This document shows positions 19,078 through 26,794 of a stretch of 64,000 nt of DNA, in pieces. This DNA is from an uncultured Lachnospiraceae bacterium (GTDB lineage Bacteria > Bacillota > Clostridia > Lachnospirales > Lachnospiraceae): NCBI GenBank assembly GCA_964545045.1, contig CAZJEN010000019.1, positions 743 to 64,742 on the forward strand, in the 5' to 3' direction. The translations under genes and the position numbers were made by a program. The notes below the pieces were generated by a model. The model saw nothing but the letters and a program-made list of their open reading frames with translations. It was not told the origin of the DNA and did no database searches. Position 1 is the stretch's first letter, and the number at the start of each line of letters is the position of its first letter.

Positions 19078-20022
19078 TTATGAACAATCGGAGGCGGAAG
19101 CGGATACGGAATCCATCAGTTCCTTCATATGGAGAGCCATTTCCTTTGCATCTGTGTAATCCTCGCTTTGCAGTAGCATATGAATGGTAGCCAGCTGATT
19201 ATGAAAATCGTGGCGTATTTTTGCAAGAGCCTCGCTGTGCTGTTCCAGTTCATGGTAATGTTTTTCCTCTATTTGATAGAGTGTTTGCAGCTCACGGTAG
19301 GCGGCTTTTGCAGCAGATTTTTCTTCCTGGTTTATTAGAGATAGGAAAAGAAATAGATTTGCTATGAAAAGTATGACCGGTGCAATTAAGGAAAAATGTA
19401 AGTTTCCTTCGGAGATATCGGCGGCGTACACAACAAAAAGGATAGTAGGTGCAATTAGTTGTATGATTGTAAATACTGCAATCATACAGAAGCGGCGTTT
19501 ACGTTTGATATGTTCGACGAGCTTTAAGAGAAAAATAAACAAAGGGCAGAACATAATCGTAAGGATATTCAAGATTAAAAGAGGAAGTACCATGGTTTTC
19601 GAATAATAATTCATACTTAGCGTTATATGAAGGGCATATTTTAGTAAAGCAGAATAAATAGCTTCAACTGTAAGGGAAAATAATAATAGCATAAGAATAC
19701 ACTTGCCGAATTTTTCCCAGAAGGAGTTTTTAAAAGTGATAATCGTATAACAAAAGAGCGTTAATGTACTGCATAACGCGAAGAGGGCTGATACGAAAGG
19801 ATTGATTGCGGCACATTTAAAGAAAACCGAAACATATAGGATAAGACAATAAAGTAATGTATTCTGTATACGGTTTTTCTTTGGCGTCAGGAAAAAGCTT
19901 AGGATAAAAAATTGAAATCCGCCATTTAGTAAAACAAGAAGGCTGTTAATCAGTAAAAACATGGAGGCACCCGTGGTAAATGCTAACGCTACTTGATGAC
20001 TAATATCATTTTGATAAGGCAT
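19078..20022 (-). CDS. Sensor-kinase-like membrane protein that ends after the H-box/DHp helices (no ATPase domain)
   Basis: Multi-pass N-terminus, then AKIRHDFHNQLATIHMLLQSEDYTDAKEM (SpoOB-type/HPK10-like H-box). The ORF stops ~25 aa later. Confidence 0.6.
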   Translation of the reverse strand: MPYQNDISHQVALAFTTGASMFLLINSLLVLLNGGFQFFILSFFLTPKKNRIQNTLLYCLILYVSVFFKCAAINPFVSALFALCSTLTLFCYTIITFKNSFWEKFGKCILMLLLFSLTVEAIYSALLKYALHITLSMNYYSKTMVLPLLILNILTIMFCPLFIFLLKLVEHIKRKRRFCMIAVFTIIQLIAPTILFVVYAADISEGNLHFSLIAPVILFIANLFLFLSLINQEEKSAAKAAYRELQTLYQIEEKHYHELEQHSEALAKIRHDFHNQLATIHMLLQSEDYTDAKEMALHMKELMDSVSASASDCS

Positions 20023-20188
20023 ATTGCTTTATCAAATGGTGTTTCGGATGTCATCTGTCGTTTGTCCCACTTTATCTGTCATTCGTCGTAAAAAGATAAT
20101 CTTTCCTCCTGGTATGGTAAGATGAGTACAACAAAGGAAGTCAAGCTTCCGAAGTTAAATCAAATTATCATACGAGGAGGAATTTATT

Positions 20189-21301
20189 ATGAAGAACAAG
20201 ACGCATAAGAAGAATGTTGACAGAAAGTTAGGACGAGCAGTTTTGGTGATGGCGGTGATTATCGCACTCATGGTTAGCGTATTCCTGCGGAAGGCAGCAG
20301 ATGCTCAGGCAGCCACGAAGGACGTAATCGGATACGCAACGTTGGATGCAACTTGGGTGAATCTTGGTTTGAACTGGTACATGACCGGAGGAACCAGCGG
20401 TAAGGTGGTACGTGGTGAGTCCTTTGTGGTCTATGAAAAGAAGATGGTAAACGGCACCAACCGTTATTACGTTTATGCGGAAAACGCAGATATCTACGGT
20501 TACATTTCCGAGCGTTTCATTGATTATACGCCGGTGGAAGAGTCCAAGAAGGAGATTATCGGATATGCGAAGTTAAATGCAAATTGGGTAAATCTCGGTT
20601 TGAATTGGAATATGACCGGTGGCACCAGTGGCCGTGTTGTACCGGGTGAGACCTTCATTCTCTATGAGAAGAAGATGGTAAACGGAACGAATCGTTATTA
20701 CGTATATGCGGAAAATGCAGGAATCTACGGTTACATTTCCGAACGTTTCCTTACGTTAGTGGATGCAGAGGCAAGCGGTAAGGATGAAAACCGCCTCGCA
20801 TTGGATGTGGCACTTCACGTACAGGAGACTAGCACGACTTGTGGTGTTGCCAGTGTTAAGATGGTGCTGGATTACCTTGGTATTAAGAATTCTTCCGGTA
20901 GTTATTATTCCGAAAGTGCTCTTTGGAAGTGGGCAAACAGCTACGGAGAAGGTACTTATGTATACCGTATTGCCCAGACCCTTACGAAGTACGGTGCTGC
21001 TTACAAGTATGTTCACATGGGTAATGCGGTAAGTGAAGATTACTGGAATGAGTTAGAAAAGTCTTTGGAAAATAACAGACCGGTGCTTATTCCGATTAAG
21101 CCTACGAAGAATAGTTACTGGGATTATAGTAGCGGACATTACATCCTTGTAACCGGAATGTATGTTGACGGAGATGGCGAGAAGCAGGTCATCATCAATG
21201 ACTGTCACTATAAGTATAGTGCGGAGGATAAAGTGGTTCCGTTAAAGGAACTGGTACGTGTGAGTAAGAACCATAGTGCTTACATTATTGTAGGTAAGTA
21301 A
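20189..21301 (+). CDS. Secreted/anchored protein with two tandem repeat domains and a C-terminal papain-like (peptidase C39-like) domain
   Basis: N-terminal hydrophobic anchor and a repeated ~64-aa module. C-terminal TSTTCGVASVKM (Cys), SGHYILVTG (His) and IINDCHY. Confidence 0.75.
   Translation: MKNKTHKKNVDRKLGRAVLVMAVIIALMVSVFLRKAADAQAATKDVIGYATLDATWVNLGLNWYMTGGTSGKVVRGESFVVYEKKMVNGTNRYYVYAENADIYGYISERFIDYTPVEESKKEIIGYAKLNANWVNLGLNWNMTGGTSGRVVPGETFILYEKKMVNGTNRYYVYAENAGIYGYISERFLTLVDAEASGKDENRLALDVALHVQETSTTCGVASVKMVLDYLGIKNSSGSYYSESALWKWANSYGEGTYVYRIAQTLTKYGAAYKYVHMGNAVSEDYWNELEKSLENNRPVLIPIKPTKNSYWDYSSGHYILVTGMYVDGDGEKQVIINDCHYKYSAEDKVVPLKELVRVSKNHSAYIIVGK
20327..20749 (+). repeat. Intragenic tandem duplication (two units, period 231 bp)
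   Basis: Units 20327-20518 and 20558-20749 encode near-identical IGYA..WVNLGLNW.MTGGTSG.VV.GE.F..YEKKMVNGTNRYYVYAENA.IYGYISERF. Confidence 0.85.
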
Positions 21302-21330
21302 GTCGTTATTCATAGAAAGAAATGAGGTAT

Positions 21331-21370
21331 AAAAGGATGCAATCGTTTTAGGGACGGTTGCATCCTTTTT
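21331..21370 (+). terminator. Rho-independent terminator
   Basis: AAAAGGATGCAATCG ... ACGGTTGCATCCTTTTT. Confidence 0.75.
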
Positions 21371-21516
21371 CTCATTAAATCAGAAATAAGGTTGACATGT
21401 TGTAAATATGTGATAAAATAAAGACTAACAAAGATAGTTCGTATGTTTTATGTGTTAGGAATAATATTGTGAACATAGGTACATGGTATAGAAGTATAAA
21501 TTTGTTATAATAATAC

Positions 21517-21545
21517 TTGAAAATATTACTTATAAGTAATATAAT
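21517..21545 (+). promoter_or_regulatory. Promoter with an embedded 20-bp perfect palindrome (candidate antitoxin operator)
   Basis: TTGAAA (21517-21522), 17-nt spacer, TATAAT (21540-21545). Palindrome ATATTACTTATAAGTAATAT at 21523-21542. Confidence 0.65.
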
Positions 21546-21568
21546 GGTACAGAGGAGGAGGTTTCGGG

Positions 21569-21955
21569 GTGAAACTGGAGAAGCTGGATATGGAGGGACT
21601 GAATGACGTGTATGCGTTAGACGTTATTCGGAAGGAATTTACAAAGGCTGTGTCAGAGTGTTGGAAAGAGAACGCACCGTGGCAAAGATATCAAAAGAAA
21701 TTGATACAGGATCTGGCGGTTTTAGATGAGGAAAAAGAAGGAGCAATTGATTTTCCACAGTATGAGAAGTTGTCGGGAGAAGAGGGACTTTACTGTATAA
21801 GGCATCCCGAGACAAAGAAAAATGTACGAGTAATTTATACGATTGTAGAAGGAGAGACGATTATATTGTTGACTGCATTTTTAGAAAAGAATGCAGGTGA
21901 TTATCAAAAGGCAATACGTCTTGCCAGGAATCGGCTGAAATGGTTGGAAAGTTAA
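21569..21955 (+). CDS. RelE/ParE-superfamily toxin, HigB/Gp49-like
   Basis: GTG start after GGAGGAGG; C-terminal pattern VRVIYTIVEGETIILLTAFLEKNAGDYQKAIRLARNRL. Confidence 0.7.
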   Translation: MKLEKLDMEGLNDVYALDVIRKEFTKAVSECWKENAPWQRYQKKLIQDLAVLDEEKEGAIDFPQYEKLSGEEGLYCIRHPETKKNVRVIYTIVEGETIILLTAFLEKNAGDYQKAIRLARNRLKWLES

Positions 21956-21983
21956 TTTTTTGAGTGGAAATGGAGGAGACAAA

Positions 21984-22382
21984 ATGGGTATTACAGAGAA
22001 AATTAGTGGAGCAAAGAAGGTAAGTTGGCTGTCCCAAGGAATTTCTGAGGCAGAGGTAAAAACAACGGTTGAGTTGGCGAAGATTTCTGCAAAGATAGAA
22101 AGATGCAGACTGGAATTTGGAATGACGCAAAAGGAGTTTGCGGATTATATGGGTGTAACGCAAGGAATGGTATCAAAGTGGGAAAGCAGAGAATATAATT
22201 TTACAATTCGTTCATTGAACGAAATCGCTGAAAAATTGGGAGTATATGTTTCTGTTAGTATGGATAAGACATGTGAGAGGAATAATTATCTTATGATTAA
22301 ATGGGAGGAAGAAAAAATCAAATCTGATAAAGCGATAAAACGGTGGATGGATGTGTATGACAGTAAGGGGGCGATAGCGTAA
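21984..22382 (+). CDS. XRE-family HTH antitoxin (HigA-like) with a C-terminal extension
   Basis: ATG 21984 after GGAGGAG; HTH MTQKEFADYMGVTQGMVSKWE; ~45-aa tail beyond the HTH domain. Confidence 0.75.
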   Translation: MGITEKISGAKKVSWLSQGISEAEVKTTVELAKISAKIERCRLEFGMTQKEFADYMGVTQGMVSKWESREYNFTIRSLNEIAEKLGVYVSVSMDKTCERNNYLMIKWEEEKIKSDKAIKRWMDVYDSKGAIA

Positions 22383-22813
22383 TGGGACTCAATTATGTGG
22401 TTAATGATATAGAATTGTTGGGTACAACTGTCCGTGAATTAAATATAGAAAATATGATTGTTGACGTGGAGAAAGACGGTAAAAGAAATTTTGGACTGTG
22501 TATTAATGAGCCTAAGTTTCAAAAAACAGAGGAAGGTTTATTCGGGCAACTTTGTATTGATTTCGAAGTGGAGATAGTACAGCCTGAGGATAAAGTTTGC
22601 AAGATTCAATTATCACTGGAAGGTGCGTTTTTGTCTGAAAGGGATATTGAAGATGAGAAGTTTAAGGAAATGGTACTTGTGAACGGTGCGGCCGCACTTA
22701 TCGGAATAGCACGCGGAAAAATTGAAGCTATTTCTGCAAATGTTTTCAATAACGGAAAAATAGTGATTCCGTTTGTGAATGTGATTGATTATTATAAGGA
22801 GTGTAGTGAATAG
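22382..22813 (+). CDS. SecB-like chaperone candidate (third gene of a TAC module)
   Basis: TAATG stop/start overlap with the antitoxin; 143 aa. The pattern LSLEGAFLS...LVNGAAALIGIARGKIEAISANVFNNGKIVIPFVNVIDYY parallels E. coli SecB GIFSIAG...[40 protein letters not shown]. Confidence 0.5.
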   Translation: MGLNYVVNDIELLGTTVRELNIENMIVDVEKDGKRNFGLCINEPKFQKTEEGLFGQLCIDFEVEIVQPEDKVCKIQLSLEGAFLSERDIEDEKFKEMVLVNGAAALIGIARGKIEAISANVFNNGKIVIPFVNVIDYYKECSE

Positions 22814-22837
22814 CTTTTATATTATTTTCCAATTTGA

Positions 22838-22900
22838 CTCCCGAAAGGCTTTGTGGTATTCTGATGTTGGATTCCACAGAAGTTTTTCGGGAGGTTTTTT
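22838..22900 (+). terminator. Rho-independent terminator whose 3' arm contains the RBS of the next gene
   Basis: CTCCCGAAAGGCTTTGTGG ... CCACAGAAGTTTTTCGGGAG followed by GTTTTTT, then ATG at 22901. Confidence 0.7.
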
Positions 22901-23815
22901 ATGGAAAAATACAGTTATTCCGCATTTGCGTATGTATATGACGAGCTGATGGACAATGTGCCTTATGATGAGTGGACGGCGTATTTGATTGGATTATTAA
23001 AAGAGAACGGCGTGGCAGAAGGGCTGGTGTGCGAGCTGGGTTGCGGAACCGGACAGATGACAAGACGTTTGGCAGCAGCGGGCTATGATATGATTGGTAT
23101 CGATTTGTCCGAGGAGATGCTTGATGTAGCCAGAGAGCAGGAGTACGGAGTATATGAGGGCGACTTTGGTGAAGAAGAATTTGACGAAAGTGTACCGGAT
23201 GCGGATGATGATTTTGATAGCGCGCCAGATGGCGAAGAAGGAGAGATTGGCGAAGTAGACGCCGCCGAACCTTCCATCCTTTACCTTCAGCAGGATATGC
23301 GTGAGTTTGAGTTATACGGCACCGTGTCTGCGGTGGTCAGCATTTGCGACAGCATGAATTATATGACCTCCGATGAGGATTTGTTACAGGTGTTCCGTCT
23401 GGTAAATAATTATCTGGATAAGGACGGCGTGTTCATTTTTGACATGAATACCGAGTACAAGTATAAGGAGCTGATGGGGGATACCACCATTGCGGAGAAC
23501 CGTGAGGATGTCAGTTTCATCTGGGAGAATCTGTACGATGAGGAAAAGCGACTGAATGAGTATTGCCTGACTTTATTTGCAAAGGCTGAGCAAGATGAGG
23601 AGGAAGAGGGCGCGGCACCTTTGTATGAAAAGTACGAAGAGGTGCATTTGCAACGGGCGTATCCTCTTGCAGAGGTAAAAAGACTACTTGCTGAGGCCGG
23701 TATGACCTTTGTGGCGGCCTACGATGTGCTTACCCATGAGGAGCCGGGACCGCAGTGTGAACGGATGTATATCGTGGCAAAGGAAGGACATCAGAGTGGA
23801 AAGACGTATTTGTAG
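22901..23815 (+). CDS. Class I SAM-dependent methyltransferase with an acidic insertion
   Basis: Motif I ELGCGTGQMT; ~43-aa Asp/Glu-rich insert (23144-23272). Confidence 0.8.
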   Translation: MEKYSYSAFAYVYDELMDNVPYDEWTAYLIGLLKENGVAEGLVCELGCGTGQMTRRLAAAGYDMIGIDLSEEMLDVAREQEYGVYEGDFGEEEFDESVPDADDDFDSAPDGEEGEIGEVDAAEPSILYLQQDMREFELYGTVSAVVSICDSMNYMTSDEDLLQVFRLVNNYLDKDGVFIFDMNTEYKYKELMGDTTIAENREDVSFIWENLYDEEKRLNEYCLTLFAKAEQDEEEEGAAPLYEKYEEVHLQRAYPLAEVKRLLAEAGMTFVAAYDVLTHEEPGPQCERMYIVAKEGHQSGKTYL

Positions 23816-23901
23816 GAAATTTGTGTGTTGGTGATGCGGTTTGTTGATGTCGGTAAAAGTGAAAGTGTATCATGAGGTAGCGTACGATTTAAGGAGCGTT
23901 T

Positions 23902-24987
23902 ATGAATATAGATGATAAAAAAGCATTCCGTAAACAGATGCTTGCCAAGCGGGATGCCATTCCCTATGAAAACAGAATAGAAGCAGACCGGGCGCGGAAC
24001 GAGCTTATCCGAAGCTGGGATGTTTATCAAAATGCCGAGCTGTTGCTTTTTTATGTGAGCTATCGCAGTGAGGCAGATACGTTACAGTTGCTTAAGGAAG
24101 CCCTCGAAGCCGGACGTAATGTGGCGGTTCCGAAGGTGGTAGGTACCGAGATGGTGTTTTACCGGATTATAGACTTCTCGCAGCTGATAGAAGGCTATAA
24201 AGGAATTTTGGAGCCGGATACAGAACGCTGCGAGGCAGTAACCGAAATGAACAGCGTAGATGATGGGCGAATGCAGTCGGTGACGAAACCGGCTCTACCG
24301 GAACATACCCTTCTCTTCGTGCCAGGTTGCGCCTTTGATAAAACCGGTGGACGCATGGGCTACGGTGGCGGATTTTATGATCGGTTTATGGAAAAGTACC
24401 CGGATATACTCAAGGTGGCGCTGGCCTACGAGGAGCAGTTGATGCCGGAGGTGCCGCGGGAAGTCCATGATAAGCCGGTGAACGTGATTGTGACGGAAGA
24501 GAGGAGAATAGAAATGGATCGAGTATACGGTGCCAGAGGAACCCGTGCAAAGGAATTGTTTTTAGAGGGCTATAATTGTGCCCAGGCGGTGGTGCTGGCT
24601 TATGAGGATTATTTTGAGGAGAGCTCGGAGACTTTGGCGCAGCTGGTGTCGGCCTTTGGCGGCGGAATGGGGCGACTTCGTGAGGTGTGCGGTTCCGTCA
24701 GTGGCATGTTTTTCGTATTAAGTAAAGTATACGGCTACGCAGACCCGAAGGAAAAGGACGGAAAGATGGACCTATATGCCAGAGTGCAGGAACTGGCGGC
24801 ACGGTTCCGGGAGCGAAACGGTTCCATTGTCTGCCGGGAGCTGTTAGGATTATCGGAAAAGATAAGTGTGCCGGTACCGGAGGCGAGAACGCCGGAGTAC
24901 TACAAAAAGCGTCCGTGCCCGGATATTATCGCGGATGCGGCGGATATTCTGGAGGAGTATTTGCGGGAACAGGGGAAGTTGAAGTAA
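23902..24987 (+). CDS. 5-formyltetrahydrofolate cyclo-ligase fused to a C_GCAxxG_C_C family domain
   Basis: N-terminal half shows the 5-FCL pattern (KKAFRKQMLAKRDAI ... GYGGGFYDRF); C-terminal half has GYNCAQAVVLAY and GGGMG..EVCGSVSG. Confidence 0.8.
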   Translation: MNIDDKKAFRKQMLAKRDAIPYENRIEADRARNELIRSWDVYQNAELLLFYVSYRSEADTLQLLKEALEAGRNVAVPKVVGTEMVFYRIIDFSQLIEGYKGILEPDTERCEAVTEMNSVDDGRMQSVTKPALPEHTLLFVPGCAFDKTGGRMGYGGGFYDRFMEKYPDILKVALAYEEQLMPEVPREVHDKPVNVIVTEERRIEMDRVYGARGTRAKELFLEGYNCAQAVVLAYEDYFEESSETLAQLVSAFGGGMGRLREVCGSVSGMFFVLSKVYGYADPKEKDGKMDLYARVQELAARFRERNGSIVCRELLGLSEKISVPVPEARTPEYYKKRPCPDIIADAADILEEYLREQGKLK

Positions 24988-25184
24988 ACATAAAAGCCTG
25001 AAACGGAAGATGTTATCCAAAACAGATTTTAGAGATTTTCGAGAAAAACAGAATAATTAAACAGAAATCAAGACACGCTAACCTAGAGTGAATTTTTGGA
25101 TGTGAGCAAAAACGTTTGGACCGGTGAAAAGGCCGGGAGAAACAAACGAAGACGGTACAGTTCAAAACGATAGGAGGGCGTGTC

Positions 25185-26612
25185 TTGACCGGTTTAAAGG
25201 AGAATTTTGAAGAGAGTGTGGCGTATTTTAATAATACGTTACGGGTGACAGAAAATTTTGACGTACTATATCACACCTTTGAAATGGGTGGAAAAAAGGC
25301 TTGCATGTACTTTATCGACGGTATGGTAAAGGATGAAGTGATGCAGAAGCTGTTGCAGTACTTTTTTGGACTGAAGGCGAAGGATATGCCGGAGGACATT
25401 CACGGGGTATTAAAGAAGTTTATGCCTTATGTGGAGGTAGGGCTGATTACATCGGCGGATGAAGCGATCCGGAATATTTTATCCGGTGTGCCGGTTCTGA
25501 TTCTGGAGGGCTATGATAAGATTATTTCCATCGATGCCAGAACCTACCCGGCCCGCAGTGTGGATGAACCGGAAAAGGATAAGGTCATGCGGGGCTCCAG
25601 GGACGGTTTTGTGGAAACGTTGGTGTTTAATACGGCCCTCATCCGCAGACGTATTCGTGACCCGCGGCTGACCATGTATATTACAGAGGCGGGGACCGTG
25701 TCTCACACGGATATTGTGCTTTGCTATATGGAAGACCGGGTGGAGAAAAAATTTCTGGAGGAGATTAAACGACGTATTAAAAAGATTTCTGTGGAGTCTC
25801 TGACCATGAACCAGCAGAGTCTCGCGGAGTGTCTGTATCACGGAAAATGGTTCAATCCTTTCCCGAAGTTTAAGTTTACGGAGCGCCCGGATGCGGCGGC
25901 AGCGGCGGTGCTTGAAGGGGATATTATTATTCTGGTGGATAATGCTCCTCAGGCTATGATATTGCCCACTACGATTTTTGATATTGTGGAGGAGGCGGAT
26001 GATTATTATTTTCCGCCGATTACGGGAACGTATTTGCGCCTGACCCGGTTTGTGACAAATATTCTGGCGCTGATTTTGACGCCGACCTTTATGCTTTTAA
26101 TGCAGCACCCCGAATGGATCAGTGAACGGTGGCAGTTCATTGTGGTGAAGGATCCGTTAAATATCCCGCTGCTACTGCAGTTTTTGATTTTGGAATTTGC
26201 CTTGGACGGTCTGCGTTTGGCGTCCTTAAATACGCCGAATACCTTAAGTCTGCCCCTCAGCGTGATTGCCGGTGTGATTATCGGGGATTTTACGGTGCAG
26301 AGCGGGTGGTTCAACTCCGAAGCTATGTTATATATGGCTTTCGTGGCTATTGCAAACTATACCCAGGTGAGTCTGGAGTTGGGGTATGCGCTGAAGTTTA
26401 TGCGTATCACATTGCTGATTTTAACCCATTGTTTTGGCCTTTGGGGCTATATCGGAGGAATTGCGCTGGATATTTTGGCGATTGCCTTTAACAAGACCAT
26501 CGGCGGCAGAAGCTATTTGTATCCGCTGGTGCCGTTAAAACCGAGACAGTTGGTGCAGAGAATTTTCCGGGTACCGCTGCCGAAAAGTGAGAACCAAAAG
26601 GCGGCAAGATAA
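25185..26612 (+). CDS. GerA-family spore germination protein / SpoVAF-like
   Basis: TTG start after AGGAGGG; soluble N-domain plus C-terminal membrane helices; no adjacent GerB/GerC partners. Confidence 0.75.
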   Translation: MTGLKENFEESVAYFNNTLRVTENFDVLYHTFEMGGKKACMYFIDGMVKDEVMQKLLQYFFGLKAKDMPEDIHGVLKKFMPYVEVGLITSADEAIRNILSGVPVLILEGYDKIISIDARTYPARSVDEPEKDKVMRGSRDGFVETLVFNTALIRRRIRDPRLTMYITEAGTVSHTDIVLCYMEDRVEKKFLEEIKRRIKKISVESLTMNQQSLAECLYHGKWFNPFPKFKFTERPDAAAAAVLEGDIIILVDNAPQAMILPTTIFDIVEEADDYYFPPITGTYLRLTRFVTNILALILTPTFMLLMQHPEWISERWQFIVVKDPLNIPLLLQFLILEFALDGLRLASLNTPNTLSLPLSVIAGVIIGDFTVQSGWFNSEAMLYMAFVAIANYTQVSLELGYALKFMRITLLILTHCFGLWGYIGGIALDILAIAFNKTIGGRSYLYPLVPLKPRQLVQRIFRVPLPKSENQKAAR

Positions 26613-26660
26613 AACGGGATACGAGAAGAAAATCGAAGGGAAACATGACAAAAGTCAAGA

Positions 26661-26730
26661 AAAAAGGAACTGCAGTAATGTATTCCGGGGGCAATACGCC
26701 TTGGGAAACGGCTGCAGTTCCTTCTTTGTA
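26661..26730. terminator. Possible bidirectional terminator between convergent genes
   Basis: AAGGAACTGCAG ... CTGCAGTTCCTT flanked by an A-run and CTTCTTTGT; the loop is long (36 nt). Confidence 0.4.
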
Positions 26731-26794
26731 TCAGGCACAGGCTGTGCCCGAACAGATATGTATGGTCAGTTACCTTGTTTCAAAAAGCAAGAGT

